Shown one piece after another: positions 9,418 through 21,829 of a DNA stretch of 64,000 nt. Each line of letters starts with the position of its first letter. Position 1 is the first letter of the stretch. The DNA lies in assembly GCF_009931435.1 (NCBI RefSeq), contig NZ_CP043414.1; one strand, 5' to 3'. The notes under the pieces were generated by a model, which saw only the letters and a program-made list of their open reading frames with translations, ran no database searches and was not told the DNA's origin. This DNA comes from Escherichia coli (lineage in GTDB: Bacteria; Pseudomonadota; Gammaproteobacteria; Enterobacterales; Enterobacteriaceae). Both the position numbers and the translations under genes were made by a program.

Positions 9418-10086
9418 TTACTTTTTGTTAACGTCAAACATAGTGGCATCGGTCGCCATGTCATCAATAACTTGTTTAATATTTTCGAAAGCCATTGGCG
9501 TACTTTCGTTATTCAGGTCTTTACCTTCGCCCTGACGAACGACTTTGATAACCGGTTTATTAGTAGCTGCATCAATCAGCTCACCTTCAAAATACAGGCG
9601 AGTATCCATGGTACGGTGGCCCGTCGCCATTTGCGTCCCCGCGACCACTAATGCGACAGGAACCACTTCATAGAATTGCAGCCCTTCTTTGCTGGTATCA
9701 ACACCGGTAATGGCCCCACGGAAAATCAGACTACGCGGCCCAGCGGTGGTAACCAGTGGTTTACGCTGCGCAATCGCTTCTTTCATTTCGGTGTTGGTAT
9801 AACTCAAAATTTTATCCAGAACTTTCTGCCCTACCTGGGTAGATGGTTTCGGTACCGGATAATAAGTGACTGGGTTCCAGACGATGCTGTCATATTTGCT
9901 TTGATCAAAACTCGGGTCTACCCAACGTAAAACAGGTTTACCTGTTGCTGAGGTTGTTTCTTTTAAATCAGAGTAATTGTTTAAAAAACCAGAATATTTA
10001 TCTGGCTGGGTGATTTTAGAGGCACAACCAGACAGAGCCAACAAGCCGCATAAAGCTGCAACTTTCGCAATTGATGTGGTACGCAT
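9418..10086 (-). CDS. ydcL: Lipoprotein YdcL
   Basis: 222-aa ORF with lipobox (LALSGC). Confidence 0.9.
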   Translation of the reverse strand: MRTTSIAKVAALCGLLALSGCASKITQPDKYSGFLNNYSDLKETTSATGKPVLRWVDPSFDQSKYDSIVWNPVTYYPVPKPSTQVGQKVLDKILSYTNTEMKEAIAQRKPLVTTAGPRSLIFRGAITGVDTSKEGLQFYEVVPVALVVAGTQMATGHRTMDTRLYFEGELIDAATNKPVIKVVRQGEGKDLNNESTPMAFENIKQVIDDMATDATMFDVNKK

Positions 10087-10388
10087 GAATAGTTTCCTGA
10101 GATGATTATATTACTTTCTAAGTTATAGCAAAAAGCGCCGCTTCGTGTTGTGGCAAAAAAAGTGTTGGTGAAAATAAATTTTTCAGCCCCTTTTCAGACG
10201 ACATAGTCAATGCCGAAAAAGGGGCTAAGTCAATCATCAGTAGTTAAATATCAGTGCGTTAATCTGATGAAAAACTTCGACTACCGTGATTAATTTCACA
10301 TCCTTTTGATTAAAAATATGCTTACCGAAAAGAACAACGGTTAACCATCTCAACGCGGGGCATTTTCACGCGCCTTGTTCTTACCGGG

Positions 10389-10982
10389 TCATTTTTTACG
10401 TGCCAGCATCGTGGCGAAACGCAGTTTAATCCGATTACCGTTGGCATCGGTGCGGTGCAACTCACCGACGTTTTCATTGTATTTCACCATCTCCCAGCCT
10501 TCGTAATATCGACGTAATTCTCCCTCTTTGAAGGCAAACGGGAAGCCGACGGTACATGGATAATCAGCGGTATTCATCGCCGCCACAATCAGGTTGTAAC
10601 CGCCAGGTTTAGTGCAACGTTGCATATTGGCAATCAGCCCAGGGATGGTTTTAGCCTCAAGGAACATCAGCACCACAGTCGAAAGAATAAAATCGTATTG
10701 CCCATCAAACGTGAAGTTATTCAGATCAACAACCCGGGTGTGTAAATTATCCAGATTTTCAATGGATTTAATGCGCTCGACGTTGGCGATACTCATGGCA
10801 TTTTTATCCCATGCGTCAACTTCATAACCATTGGCTGCCAGGTAAAGACTGTTACGACCATTGCCACAGCCCAGATCCAGCGTTTTACCGGGTTTAACCA
10901 CTTTCACCGCTTCCAGTACTTCAGAGTGTGTGCGGGTTAATTCATACTTATCAGTAAAATAGTTTTCGTCACGAATGATCAT
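10389..10982 (-). CDS. tehB: Tellurite resistance SAM-dependent methyltransferase TehB
   Basis: 197-aa ORF with motif [11 protein letters not shown]; 4-nt overlap with tehA. Confidence 0.95.
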   Translation of the reverse strand: MIIRDENYFTDKYELTRTHSEVLEAVKVVKPGKTLDLGCGNGRNSLYLAANGYEVDAWDKNAMSIANVERIKSIENLDNLHTRVVDLNNFTFDGQYDFILSTVVLMFLEAKTIPGLIANMQRCTKPGGYNLIVAAMNTADYPCTVGFPFAFKEGELRRYYEGWEMVKYNENVGELHRTDANGNRIKLRFATMLARKK

Positions 10983-11971
10983 TCTTTGTCCTCAGCTTTC
11001 ATTAAAACGGCGCGCTCGGTTCTGATTAACAATTTCCCCTGCATCAGAAGCGCGAAAGTTCGGATGAGCAGTATTGCAATTATAAAATTGGTAAAGATAA
11101 ACAGCGGCACCGCCAGGGTATGGAAAAATCCATTATCGCTGCCACTCCCCAGATGCAAACCGGTGGTTGCCAGTGCAGATACGCCGAACGAGAAACTCCA
11201 GAATGAAGCATTAAATGGCTGGGAGAGATACCATGGCATCAGACGTAGCATAAACAGCAGTTGCAGCAGCCCATAACCGAAAAGCATTTTCGCCAGCGTG
11301 TCACCCTCGCCGCCGTTGACGCTCAGCCAGGCACTACAGGCCACCAGCGCAGGAGCGAGCTGAATGCCGAGTGATGTCCGCAATGCCGTGGGTAACTCTC
11401 CCGAACTGCGCAGACGCTGCAAGATCACCGGTTCCAGGCTTAACCATGAGAAAACGCCTGCGCCTAAAAACACCAGACCGGCGTCGGTGTAGCCCAATGC
11501 ACCACAGGCCATTGCGCTGATAAAGTTGTTGGCAACTGTCGGCAGATACAGTCCAGGCGTGGTAGCTTCTTCAGGATGAGATCCGCGCCATAATCCCGCA
11601 GTTTGCCAGGCGGCATAAGCCAACTGAACCACGACACCAAAACTGAACAGGCATACCGCCAGTGGGCGAAACCACGGAACAAAACCAATCGCTACCAGCA
11701 TCGTCGTTGCAGGAAACAAACTCACAAAACTGCTCATCACTGGATGGCGCACTTCCGCCAGCACGCTATGCGGAAAACGTATGAGTCGGGTAATAAATGC
11801 GCTAGTCAATAATCCCCAGATGATCATCGCCAGAATTACCAGCCCATCCCCTAACCAGTGGCTGACCTGCCAAACCTGGCTGGCATAGCGCCAGGCAAAT
11901 CCCATCCCTATCGTCCCCAACACAATACCAAAGTAGCCTGCCGGCAAATTGAGCACTTTATCGCTCTGCAT
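10979..11971 (-). CDS. tehA: Tellurite resistance membrane protein TehA (TDT family)
   Basis: Start set at internal [22 protein letters not shown]... (330 aa); the listed ORF extends 36 codons upstream. Confidence 0.9.
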   Translation of the reverse strand: MQSDKVLNLPAGYFGIVLGTIGMGFAWRYASQVWQVSHWLGDGLVILAMIIWGLLTSAFITRLIRFPHSVLAEVRHPVMSSFVSLFPATTMLVAIGFVPWFRPLAVCLFSFGVVVQLAYAAWQTAGLWRGSHPEEATTPGLYLPTVANNFISAMACGALGYTDAGLVFLGAGVFSWLSLEPVILQRLRSSGELPTALRTSLGIQLAPALVACSAWLSVNGGEGDTLAKMLFGYGLLQLLFMLRLMPWYLSQPFNASFWSFSFGVSALATTGLHLGSGSDNGFFHTLAVPLFIFTNFIIAILLIRTFALLMQGKLLIRTERAVLMKAEDKE

Positions 11972-12094
11972 CTTCTTACTCATTTTGTTTAATTTATAAA
12001 GTATATTTGAAATACATTTTATGGAATTTTCTCGAGCATAGCCAGAGCCGCAGAATTTGCTACGGTTATAGTAAGTCACCTGTGGGAAAACGCT

Positions 12095-13075
12095 ATGCGC
12101 AAATATCGTCTAAGTGAAGAACAGCGAGCCTTTAGTTATCAGGATGATGGCACTAAAAAAAGTGTGTTATTACGGCAAATTATCGCCATGAGCGATTTTA
12201 ACGATGTGATAGCAGGAACCGCTGGCGGCTGGATCGATCGCGAAACGGTGTTAGCGCAGGAAGGTAATTGCTGGATTTACGATCAGAATGCTATTGCGTT
12301 CGGCGGAACGGTGATTTCCGGTAATACGCGTATCACCGGCACCAGCGTCCTTTGGGGAGAGGTTTACGCAACGGATAACGTCTGGATCGATAATAGTGAA
12401 GTCAGTCAGGGCGCATATATAAGTGACAGTGTCACCATTCGTGACTCATTAGTTTGCGGTCAATGTAGAATATTTGGTCACGCCTTAATTGATCAACATT
12501 CTATGATCGTCGCCGCGCAAGGCTTAACCTCCAACCATCAACTCCTGCTACAAATTTATGATCGCGCAAGGGTTAGCGCCTCGCGTATTGTCCACCAGGC
12601 ACAAATTTATGGCGATGCCGTCGTCCGGTATGCTTTTATTGAACATCGCGCCGAAATTTTTGATTTTGCCAGTATTGAAGGTAATGAAGAGAACAACGTC
12701 TGGCTATGCGATTGCGCTAAAGTCTACGGTCACGCGCAGGTGAAAGCTGGCATAGAAGAAGATGCCATTCCGACGATTCATTACAGTTCGCAGGTAGCGG
12801 AATATGCCATTGTGGAAGGTAATTGTGTGTTAAAACATCATGTCTTGATTGGCGGAAAGGCAGTGGTACGTGGCGGACCGATTCTGCTCGACGAGCACGT
12901 TGTAATACAAGGTGAGAGCCGTATTACAGGTGCGGTGATAATTGAAAACCATGTGGAGTTGACCGACCACGCCGTCGTTGAAGCCTTTGATGGCGACACG
13001 GTTCATGTCCGTGGTCCAAAAGTCATTAACGGCGAAGAGCGCATTACGCGAACGCCGCTGGCAGGGTTATTGTGA
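12095..13075 (+). CDS. ydcK: Hexapeptide-repeat protein YdcK
   Basis: 326-aa ORF with left-handed beta-helix repeats. Confidence 0.9.
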   Translation: MRKYRLSEEQRAFSYQDDGTKKSVLLRQIIAMSDFNDVIAGTAGGWIDRETVLAQEGNCWIYDQNAIAFGGTVISGNTRITGTSVLWGEVYATDNVWIDNSEVSQGAYISDSVTIRDSLVCGQCRIFGHALIDQHSMIVAAQGLTSNHQLLLQIYDRARVSASRIVHQAQIYGDAVVRYAFIEHRAEIFDFASIEGNEENNVWLCDCAKVYGHAQVKAGIEEDAIPTIHYSSQVAEYAIVEGNCVLKHHVLIGGKAVVRGGPILLDEHVVIQGESRITGAVIIENHVELTDHAVVEAFDGDTVHVRGPKVINGEERITRTPLAGLL

Positions 13076-13606
13076 ATCGATAATACGCGCGTATAAGTTC
13101 ACATCATCATAGGCATCATTCAGAAACTCAGCCTGTTTCAGGCAACCTTCAAGGATAAAACCATTGCGCAAAGCGACCTGGTTGCTTTGCGCATTATCCA
13201 CCCGACATTTGATCACGAAGCGTCTAAGTTCACCAGACTGAGCGTAATGATGAATCAATGCCTGCAGCGCCTGAGAAATGATCCCCTGCCCCTGATGAGA
13301 TTCGTCCAGCCAGTAGCCGATTTCAGCGGTTTTATTCAGTGGTTCAATACGATTAAACGAGATAACGCCGATAAGTTCATCTTCTTTGAAAATCATGAAC
13401 ATTTTGGCATAGCCGCGTTGATGCAACATTACATTGCCCTGCACCGTTTTTCGCGTGTCCTCTTCACTTTGAACAAACTGCGGCCAGTTTAGCGACTGCT
13501 GTAACCAGGTTCTATTTTTACAGATTAACTGATAAAGAGGTGTGACATGACTTTCTGCAACAGCATGTAATTCAAGTGATTCACTTACTTTTATCGTTTC
13601 AGCCAT
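13067..13606 (-). CDS. rimL: Ribosomal-protein L7/L12 serine acetyltransferase RimL
   Basis: GNAT-fold ORF; start set at [12 protein letters not shown] (179 aa); 9-nt convergent overlap with ydcK. Confidence 0.9.
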   Translation of the reverse strand: MAETIKVSESLELHAVAESHVTPLYQLICKNRTWLQQSLNWPQFVQSEEDTRKTVQGNVMLHQRGYAKMFMIFKEDELIGVISFNRIEPLNKTAEIGYWLDESHQGQGIISQALQALIHHYAQSGELRRFVIKCRVDNAQSNQVALRNGFILEGCLKQAEFLNDAYDDVNLYARIIDSQ

Positions 13607-13668
13607 CTTATCTCCAGTCAATCCATGCAGTTGTTAAAAAAGCCGCCTGGCTGGCGGCTTAGGAAAGT

Positions 13669-13893
13669 TTACACCTCTTTGACGCTCTCCTGCTGCAGGA
13701 TTTTGAGCATCTCATCTTTTAACTGTAGCTTTTGTTTTTTCATGCGGACCACTTCCGCATTGTACCCTCGACCGTCGGAACCTTCCTTTCTGGCAATTTC
13801 ATGATCAAGTTTATTGTGTTTATCGAACAAGGACATAAAGCGAGGATTTTCGTTTTTCAGACGGGATATTAAATCTCGGTATTCTGGAAACAT
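13669..13893 (-). CDS. ydcH: Small protein YdcH (DUF465)
   Basis: MFPEYRDLISRLKNENPRFMSLFDKHNKLDHEIARKEG...; ATG at 13893 with GGGAG upstream. The listed ORF starts two codons earlier at a GTG. Confidence 0.9.
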   Translation of the reverse strand: MFPEYRDLISRLKNENPRFMSLFDKHNKLDHEIARKEGSDGRGYNAEVVRMKKQKLQLKDEMLKILQQESVKEV

Positions 13894-14032
13894 ACGCACT
13901 CCCTGTTAGTGGCTGACAAGGTGTATCTGAAATACACACCATCAGATTACTCATTTAACTTAGGGAAAAATGCGAGCGGGATCGTGTTTAACCAGACGAC
14001 ACCTCCCGAAGAAGGTGCCGAAGAAAAAACGA

Positions 14033-15688
14033 TTAACTCATCACGCGGTCGTCAACATACTGACGTTTATCCGGCGCTGGCGGGAAATACTGATACAGCC
14101 ATGTTTCACTGATAGCGTCGCCCTGACAACGCAGATACATCCGCATATCGACCGGATCAGTGGAGTCCGAAGTCGGATACCAGTCAAACTGAATACGATA
14201 ACCATCAATGGGTTCAATATAGAGAATTTCGATTTGCTTCGCTTCCCCACTGGAAAGCGTAATCACCGGCTCAATGCCTTTTGGTGCGGCAGCTTTCAGA
14301 TCACCACCAACGAAATCGACGGCAAAACGACGCGCCCATTTTTCGGGATAGTGTTCACCAGGCGCCCAACCTTCCGGGAAACCGCCCATGCCGGTACGCG
14401 TTGCCATAACGCGCGCTAATGGGCAATGAACAGGCGGTTGCGCACTCCAGTACAGACGATACTGGAATGCAAACTCATCACCCGCTTTTACAGCTTTTTC
14501 TGGCTGCCAGAAGCAGACAATGTTATCCAGCGTTTCGCCCGTTGTTGGGATTTCCATCAGGCCGATGGTGCCCTTACCCCACTTGTTACGCGGCTCCACC
14601 CACAGACTTGGGCGTTTGTTATACCAGCCCATAATGTCCTGATAATGGGAGAAATCACGATCCAGTTGCAATAAACCAAACCCTTTCGGGTTGTTGTCGG
14701 TGTAAGCATTGAACTGCAATTTTTGCGGATTGTTCAGCGGACGACAAATCCACTCGCCGTTGCCCCGCCACATGGACAAACGATCAGAGTCATGGATTTG
14801 CGGATGAATGGTGTCGCACATCCGACGTTCATTAGTACCGCAGCTGAACATACTGGTCATCGGCGCAATGCCCAGCTGTTTAATGTCTTTGCGCGCATAC
14901 AGGTGATTTTCCACATCCATAATCACCTGACTTTTCTCGCAATGGATAGTGAACTTATAGGCACCAGTAATGCTGGCGCTATCGAGCAACGCATAAACGG
15001 TAAAGGTGGTTGCCCCCGGTTTTACCGTATCAAACCAGAAGGCGGTAAAGTCGGGGAACTCTTCTTTACTGTCGGTGTAAGTGTCGATCGCCAGGCCGCG
15101 AGCCGACAAACCGTATTGATATGTATCATCAACCGCGCGGAAATAACTCGCACCGAGGAATGATACGACATCACGGCGCGCCAGTTCGGGGGCTTTAAAC
15201 ACGCGAAAACCGGCAAAACCGAGATCGCTTTGCCCTTCTAATTGTTTGGTATCAACACCCGCATCGTTGTATTTGAACAACTCCGGGCGAAAGTGAATTT
15301 CACGCGCCAGATGTGTTGCGGGATCAACAGAAAACATACGAACGCGGCGACGGAATCCCATTCCCATATGGAAGAACTGAGCGTCCAGTTGACGGTTCTC
15401 AACGTTATGCCAGAGCGATTTTTCGGCGTCGTATTGAATACTGTTATAAGCCTGCGGCGTCATTGTCGCCAGAGTGTCAGGTAACGGACGCGGCGCACCA
15501 CGCCACGCGGTTTGCGCTAAGTCGTGCGCCATTGACTGTAGAATGGAGAAGTCAAAACGCTGGGTTTGCCCGTCGGCAATATCAGAATCTGCCGCGAATG
15601 CCGCCTGAGAAAAAAGAGAAGCAATGCCGCTGGTACCGCACACGGCGGCCATAGCCATTGAACCTTTAATAAATCGTCTACGATCCAT
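14033..15688 (-). CDS. opgD: Osmoregulated periplasmic glucan biosynthesis protein OpgD (MdoD), Tat-secreted
   Basis: 551-aa ORF with twin-arginine signal [16 protein letters not shown]. Confidence 0.95.
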   Translation of the reverse strand: MDRRRFIKGSMAMAAVCGTSGIASLFSQAAFAADSDIADGQTQRFDFSILQSMAHDLAQTAWRGAPRPLPDTLATMTPQAYNSIQYDAEKSLWHNVENRQLDAQFFHMGMGFRRRVRMFSVDPATHLAREIHFRPELFKYNDAGVDTKQLEGQSDLGFAGFRVFKAPELARRDVVSFLGASYFRAVDDTYQYGLSARGLAIDTYTDSKEEFPDFTAFWFDTVKPGATTFTVYALLDSASITGAYKFTIHCEKSQVIMDVENHLYARKDIKQLGIAPMTSMFSCGTNERRMCDTIHPQIHDSDRLSMWRGNGEWICRPLNNPQKLQFNAYTDNNPKGFGLLQLDRDFSHYQDIMGWYNKRPSLWVEPRNKWGKGTIGLMEIPTTGETLDNIVCFWQPEKAVKAGDEFAFQYRLYWSAQPPVHCPLARVMATRTGMGGFPEGWAPGEHYPEKWARRFAVDFVGGDLKAAAPKGIEPVITLSSGEAKQIEILYIEPIDGYRIQFDWYPTSDSTDPVDMRMYLRCQGDAISETWLYQYFPPAPDKRQYVDDRVMS

Positions 15689-15912
15689 ACCTGAAAGTGA
15701 GTCCTTCTGGTGTTGTGAATGGTCCCGCGCTGGTCGTTTTCAGCGGCAAGAAAGTGCTTATTTATGACCGCTCACTCTAGACAATATTTATTAATAATCC
15801 AATTGTTGAACTCAGAGAATATGCATTAATCGGCAATTTTTTTATGTCGATGGGATGAGCCTGATTCGTTTGTAAAATCAGGCAAATTTTTGCAAAGGCA
15901 GATAGTCAAAAT

Positions 15913-17256
15913 TTAAAGCAAACCACAGCGGCGTTTACTGCGTTCTTCCGCTTCCTGATAAAGCTGGAACTCATCAAAAACTGGGCATCCCAACGCATGT
16001 TCGAAAGCTTCGCGGCTGGCATTACCGTGACTGCGTGCCTGCGTTTCATTACCCAGATTTGACTGGAAGATCCCCGCAGCGCTAACAGGCAAAAAATCTT
16101 CATAAGTAATGGGTTGTGCCACTACCCAACCACGTTCAATTAAGGGTTGTGGATCGTCTCCGGGATGAATCGCCTGACGATGCGCCTCACCTGAAGGCGT
16201 CAAACGATATCGGAACCATGCCAACCCTTGCTGACGCATTAAAAACTCACTGTCAGGAAAAGTGCGGAAGGTTTCCTGTAAATGCATTTGATGAGTGAGA
16301 TTATCCTGCCCGGTTCCAGCGTTCCGCAGAAGATCATCATACATTTGTCGTCCTTTCGGCGTTAATGCCACGCCACGCTGCTCTATTTCACCAAAGCGCG
16401 CGGTATGCGTGCCCTGTTTCTGCCCCGCAAACAACACCTTCTCTTCCAGTGCTTTAAAGCTGGTCTGGCGTAGTAAAATCGGTACCTCGCGGCGCGGCGG
16501 CCCTTCGATCAGAATTTTGGGTTCAATTCCGCATTCAGGCATCATCGACTGCACACGGTCAATATCCAGCGTACGTGGCGTCAGGTGGTTGATATGGCAC
16601 CCAGGAAAACAGACCACATCAGCAATCAGCCGATGTTCGTTGTGCAACGCACGATAGGTTTCTTCATCAACCGTTGCTGACTGGTGCCAGCGAAACGTTT
16701 CCAGGGCTTCCTGCACAAACTCCTGTGCCTGTGTTTCGTTAAAACCGCCCCGCTGCTCATACTCCTCTAACAGTTGTCGACAACGTGGGGTGAAGATATC
16801 GCGCTGACGCAGAATCTCCGCCGCTTTCTGGCGCAAAAATTCGTTCTCGATAAGCTCAAGACGGAGTAATGAGGTAAAAACGCGGAAGGGATTACGCGCC
16901 AGAGAAGCATCATCAATGGGCCGAAATGCTGTGGAATGTACCGGCACGCCCGCCTGCGAGAGATCGTAATAGCTCACCGGGTACATCCCCATAATGGCAA
17001 ACATCCGCCGAAGAGTAGCAAGCTCTTGTGCAGTCCCAACGCGAATTGCCCCATGACGTTCAACATTCAGTCGCGCCAGCTCGTCTGCATTTACCATTTT
17101 TTCGTGCAGTTGAGGATTGTTTTCCAGCACAGCCAGATTCACATCAGCTACCAGTTCCAGCAGCGTGCCGTACTGCGGAACTTCTTGCTGGTACATGGCT
17201 GACATTGCCTGCGAAAACTGTTCCCGAATCTCATCCGCCGTGATGCTGTTCGCCAT
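15913..17256 (-). CDS. ydcJ: DUF1338 protein YdcJ
   Basis: 447-aa ORF MANSITADEIREQFSQAMSAMYQQEV... matching YdcJ as recalled. Confidence 0.9.
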   Translation of the reverse strand: MANSITADEIREQFSQAMSAMYQQEVPQYGTLLELVADVNLAVLENNPQLHEKMVNADELARLNVERHGAIRVGTAQELATLRRMFAIMGMYPVSYYDLSQAGVPVHSTAFRPIDDASLARNPFRVFTSLLRLELIENEFLRQKAAEILRQRDIFTPRCRQLLEEYEQRGGFNETQAQEFVQEALETFRWHQSATVDEETYRALHNEHRLIADVVCFPGCHINHLTPRTLDIDRVQSMMPECGIEPKILIEGPPRREVPILLRQTSFKALEEKVLFAGQKQGTHTARFGEIEQRGVALTPKGRQMYDDLLRNAGTGQDNLTHQMHLQETFRTFPDSEFLMRQQGLAWFRYRLTPSGEAHRQAIHPGDDPQPLIERGWVVAQPITYEDFLPVSAAGIFQSNLGNETQARSHGNASREAFEHALGCPVFDEFQLYQEAEERSKRRCGLL

Positions 17257-17472
17257 AATGTCTGCCTCCAGTGGTCAGTAATCTGGAGTGTAGGTAACCG
17301 CATTCACTCTGGCGGGAAGAATTTGCAAACTGTGATCTCGCCGCGAAAACATCAATATTATCCATTTCGCTGTAACACAATTGCTTTATTTGTTAATAAT
17401 ATTTTGCAACTAAGTTATCATAATCAAACAACTTCACTTGTCAGCGACACTGCTTCGTTTTTAACATCGCTT

Positions 17473-18396
17473 ATGGAAAAAAATAGTCTGTTTAGTCAGC
17501 GCATCCGTTTGCGCCACCTTCATACATTCGTAGCTGTCGCACAACAAGGAACTTTGGGGCGCGCGGCTGAAACCCTTAATTTGAGTCAACCTGCGCTCTC
17601 TAAAACATTGAATGAACTGGAGCAGCTGACGGGCGCTCGCTTGTTTGAGCGTGGTCGTCAGGGGGCGCAACTTACCTTACCCGGCGAACAATTTTTAACA
17701 CATGCAGTCAGAGTTCTTGACGCTATTAACACTGCCGGACAGTCGCTTCATCGTAAAGAAGGTCTTAACAATGATGTCGTCAGGGTAGGTGCATTACCTA
17801 CCGCGGCGCTGGGAATATTACCTTCGGTTATAGGTCAGTTTCATCAGCAACAAAAAGAGACGACCTTGCAAGTTGCGACAATGAGTAACCCTATGATTCT
17901 GGCGGGTTTGAAGACTGGCGAAATCGATATCGGCATTGGTCGGATGTCAGATCCTGAACTGATGACCGGGCTTAATTATGAACTGCTGTTTCTTGAATCG
18001 CTGAAGCTGGTCGTCCGCCCTAATCACCCGCTACTTCAGGAGAACGTAACGCTAAGCCGGGTGCTGGAATGGCCGGTTGTTGTATCACCAGAAGGCACTG
18101 CGCCACGCCAGCATTCAGATGCATTAGTGCAGAGCCAGGGCTGTAAAATTCCTTCGGGCTGTATCGAAACACTGTCTGCTTCGCTATCTCGTCAACTTAC
18201 GGTTGAATACGACTACGTGTGGTTTGTCCCTTCTGGCGCTGTAAAAGACGACCTGCGTCATGCCACGCTGGTGGCCCTGCCTGTTCCGGGTCATGGTGCA
18301 GGCGAACCGATTGGAATACTGACCCGCGTAGATGCGACGTTCTCTTCTGGTTGCCAGTTGATGATTAACGCTATTCGAAAATCAATGCCGTTCTGA
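17473..18396 (+). CDS. ydcI: LysR-family transcriptional regulator YdcI
   Basis: Start set at MEKNSLFSQRIRLRHLHTFVAVAQQGTLGRAAE (307 aa); the listed ORF starts 50 codons upstream. Confidence 0.9.
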   Translation: MEKNSLFSQRIRLRHLHTFVAVAQQGTLGRAAETLNLSQPALSKTLNELEQLTGARLFERGRQGAQLTLPGEQFLTHAVRVLDAINTAGQSLHRKEGLNNDVVRVGALPTAALGILPSVIGQFHQQQKETTLQVATMSNPMILAGLKTGEIDIGIGRMSDPELMTGLNYELLFLESLKLVVRPNHPLLQENVTLSRVLEWPVVVSPEGTAPRQHSDALVQSQGCKIPSGCIETLSASLSRQLTVEYDYVWFVPSGAVKDDLRHATLVALPVPGHGAGEPIGILTRVDATFSSGCQLMINAIRKSMPF

Positions 18397-18432
18397 AAAG
18401 TAAGGGATCTTTCGATCCCTTCTTTGATATTT

Positions 18433-20073
18433 TCACGCTGTTGCGAAACTAACAGACTCACCAGCTCCGCGTGATTCTGCCAACACAGAATGTTTGTTCA
18501 GGCGGAAAACGTCTACCGCCTCAGTTAATCGTGCAGCCTGTTCTTCAAGGGATAGCGCCGCCGCAGAAGCTTCTTCTACCAGAGAAGCATTCTGTTGCGT
18601 CACCTTATCCATTTCGGAAATCGCCTGGCTCACCTGCGTTATGCCTCTACTTTGTTCATCCGAGGCGGCGGCAATCTCCTGCATGATATGTGTGACACTC
18701 GCGACGGCATCAACAATCGTGCTCATGGTTTTCCCTGCCGTTGCCACTTCAACCGACCCCAGGTCAATTAACCTGACTGATTCACTGATCAAGCCTTCAA
18801 TCTCTTTCGCCGCCTGGGCGCTGCGACTTGCGAGTGTCCGTACTTCGCTGGCGACAACGGCAAATCCACGTCCTTGCTCACCCGCTCGCGCGGCTTCAAC
18901 GGCAGCATTCAGCGCCAGAATATTTGTCTGGAAAGCAATGCTGTTGATGACGGCAGTGATCTCGGAAATTTTCTTCGAACTCGTGGAGATAGCGCCCATC
19001 GTTTTTACTACACCGGAAACCGTCTCCCCGCCATCGCTGGCTTTAATGGAGGCCTCTTGCGCCAGTTTGCTGGCATGATGCGCGTTATCCGCATTCTGTT
19101 TCACCGTCGCAGTGAGTTGCTCCATGCTAGCGGCAGTTTGTTCGATTGCCGCCGCTTGTTCTTCGGTGCGAGATGAAAGGTCCGCATTGCCAGCGGAAAT
19201 TTCGCTGGTGCCACGATAAATCTCTTCCGCGCCCTGTCGAACAGTCCCGACTGTCATCCCCAGTGAATGCTGCATTTGCTGTAAATGATGACTTAAGCGA
19301 CCGATTTCATTACGACCCGCCGGTTCATCATTCATCGTCAGATCGCCACTGGCAATTTTTTCAATCCGTTGTGCGGCATGTTGCAGTGGACGAATGACGA
19401 TCCGACGTAGCACCATAAATGTTATCAGCGTCATGACCACGGCAAGCACAAACGCGCCAATCATAAACATCACACCCAGGCGGGTACGCTGATGGGCCTG
19501 TTCCGCCAGTTGGTTGGCTCTGGTGCTACGTATCTTAACGGCTTTGCTCAAAATATCGGTATAAGCATTATCCAGCGGTCGGTTCTGCTCACTTTCATGA
19601 TTGATAATCGCTTCAAACATGCCATTTTTGGCATATTTCAACATAGGTTGCATACCCGTGATATAAGCCTGAAAGCGTTGATTTAATTCAGTGTCGAGGG
19701 CTTCATCAGCAGGTGTTTTCACCGGCCGATTCTGATAAGCACGATACCCTTGCTGCGACTGTTTAATCTCCGATTCGGCTTGCGCAATATTTCGCTTCAT
19801 TGCTTCCATTTCCGCAATACGACTCGCCGCCCCGGCCTGAATCATATTGATCCGGGCCGAACGCAAAAAATCTGAGCTGTTCGCTAACCCGGTCCGAATC
19901 TCAATCTCCGCAGTCACATCACGCTGATCGCGATCGGCCTGCCAGAGGAAATAGCCAGCCAGGGCTGAACTCAAGGCAAACAGAAGTAAGATACCGCCAA
20001 GAATGCAGGCAAATAACGGAACCAGCCTGATGTGATGCAAAAAACCTAATCGCTGTGAGGGAGTTGTATTCAT
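18433..20073 (-). CDS. trg: Methyl-accepting chemotaxis protein III (ribose/galactose sensor) Trg
   Basis: 546-aa ORF with periplasmic sensor, HAMP and MCP signalling domain. Confidence 0.95.
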   Translation of the reverse strand: MNTTPSQRLGFLHHIRLVPLFACILGGILLLFALSSALAGYFLWQADRDQRDVTAEIEIRTGLANSSDFLRSARINMIQAGAASRIAEMEAMKRNIAQAESEIKQSQQGYRAYQNRPVKTPADEALDTELNQRFQAYITGMQPMLKYAKNGMFEAIINHESEQNRPLDNAYTDILSKAVKIRSTRANQLAEQAHQRTRLGVMFMIGAFVLAVVMTLITFMVLRRIVIRPLQHAAQRIEKIASGDLTMNDEPAGRNEIGRLSHHLQQMQHSLGMTVGTVRQGAEEIYRGTSEISAGNADLSSRTEEQAAAIEQTAASMEQLTATVKQNADNAHHASKLAQEASIKASDGGETVSGVVKTMGAISTSSKKISEITAVINSIAFQTNILALNAAVEAARAGEQGRGFAVVASEVRTLASRSAQAAKEIEGLISESVRLIDLGSVEVATAGKTMSTIVDAVASVTHIMQEIAAASDEQSRGITQVSQAISEMDKVTQQNASLVEEASAAALSLEEQAARLTEAVDVFRLNKHSVLAESRGAGESVSFATA

Positions 20074-20112
20074 TACCGTTGTCTCTCTTCCAGGTTTACT
20101 CCTGATAGAAAG

Positions 20113-20139
20113 TCATCGGCATTTGACGGTAATTACTTA
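20113..20139 (-). promoter_or_regulatory. Sigma-28 (FliA)-type promoter upstream of trg
   Basis: Minus-strand TAAGTAAT-N11-GCCGATGA, about 40 nt upstream of the trg ATG; close to the TAAAGTTT-N11-GCCGATAA consensus. Confidence 0.6.
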
Positions 20140-20368
20140 CGACTAAAAACCTCTTTGCGTCACATTTTTACAACAATTATTGCAGAGAAGATTAATGCCA
20201 TTGGATTGAAGAAAGTGAGGAATGGTTAAACTGGCTAACCCGAATGACGAAAAATTCTGGAAAACAGCACGCAATTTCGTCAGGTGATTATTTTCGTCCC
20301 TAAGGAAACCACATAGGATGCTCACGGGTGCCTGAGACTTTCTGTTTTCAGGCTAACCGGGAATCAGA

Positions 20369-20413
20369 AAGACGAAGGCCCCGACCGATATTTCTATCAA
20401 CCGAGGCCAACGA

Positions 20414-20424
<11 letters not shown>
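20369..20424 (-). ncRNA. sokB: sokB antisense RNA of the hokB/mokB type I toxin-antitoxin locus (approximate coordinates)
   Basis: Placed from the conserved hok/sok architecture (antisense overlapping the mok start); boundaries not supported by clear promoter or terminator signals. Confidence 0.35.
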
Positions 20425-20621
<197 letters not shown>

Positions 20622-20692
20622 GGGCAAGCGCGGGGATTTTCCCCGCGCATCTGACTAGCGGATTCAGTTTCTCATGGCACCCCTTTTACACT

Positions 20693-20866
20693 TCAGTTAG
20701 TGCATGTTTTTTTCGATGCACTAATAGAACCATCATTACAGACAAATTTGCCGCCTGCCGTACAGTGTGAGATCCCCCCTTTCGAACCAGAACAGGGTTT
20801 GCGCCCGGCATCGGCATAAAAGGAAACAAGCGCTCCCATAACCAAGATAAGTGCCAATTTTTTCAT
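20693..20866 (-). CDS. ydcA: Small secreted Cys-rich protein YdcA
   Basis: Manual translation MKKLALILVMGALVSFYADAGRKPCSGSKGGISHCTAGGKFVCNDGSISASKKTCTN (57 aa) with GGAGG Shine-Dalgarno. Confidence 0.8.
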   Translation of the reverse strand: MKKLALILVMGALVSFYADAGRKPCSGSKGGISHCTAGGKFVCNDGSISASKKTCTN

Positions 20867-21110
20867 ATAACCTCCATGATTTATCGAATCTTATGTTCGA
20901 TTTGAACGTTATACGCTGGTTTATTTTGATACCGTTGATGAGATCAAAGATCGGGTGAATTGATTAAAGATAAGCCAGATGGACATATGGACAAGGATTA
21001 TGGTTTTATTTGTCATACAAATAAATATAATAGGCGCTTCCGATGTAGGCCCGTATTCTTCGCCTGTACCACGGGTCGGTTTTAGTACAGGCGTTTTCTT
21101 TAAATATCCT

Positions 21111-21641
21111 TCAGGAACGTTTACGCGGCATCATGCGTAGAAGTGTGTTGTCCTTCCAGAAATAGTGGTGTGCCAGTGCAGCCGCAGCGTGCAACCCGAT
21201 GACAAAATATCCCAGATTCGCCAGCGTCTCATGCCACCACTTTAAGCTATCAACCCGTTCGAAATTGGCCTCTGCTGCATAAGGCATTGTCATACCAAAC
21301 GCAAACCACGGGTTGCCCCGGTTATACATCATCACCAAACCAATCACTGGCAGCGCAATAAACAGGAGATAGATCACCAAATGTCCCAAATGTGCCAGTC
21401 CCGTCATCATCGGTTTTGGTTTAGGTACAATCGGCGGAGTTGAGTATTTAAGCCTTAACAAAAGACGAACAACCATCAGCACGAGAATTGAGATGCCACA
21501 GGAAACATGAATCATGTTGATGAGCGGCCGATCGCTACGTGGGAAGAAACCACGAAACTCCATTGCGCAATACGCTGCGATAACCAACAAAAAGACCAGC
21601 CAGTGAATGCTGATTTGTAACCTTGAGTATTTATTTTCCAT
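21111..21641 (-). CDS. cybB: Cytochrome b561 CybB
   Basis: Start set at MENKYSRLQISIHWLVFLL (176 aa). Confidence 0.9.
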   Translation of the reverse strand: MENKYSRLQISIHWLVFLLVIAAYCAMEFRGFFPRSDRPLINMIHVSCGISILVLMVVRLLLRLKYSTPPIVPKPKPMMTGLAHLGHLVIYLLFIALPVIGLVMMYNRGNPWFAFGMTMPYAAEANFERVDSLKWWHETLANLGYFVIGLHAAAALAHHYFWKDNTLLRMMPRKRS

Positions 21642-21829
21642 AACATTTCCTGCTTTAACATAATTTTCCGTTAACATAACGAGCTTTTCTTAAAATTTCA
21701 TTAAATATTGTTCACCCGTTTTCAGTACGTTACGTTTCACGGCAAGAATGTAGATTGCCCATCCCGCCATCCTGGTCTAAGCCTGGAAAGGATCAATTTT
21801 CATCCGAACGTTCCTGACAGGAGAAGACC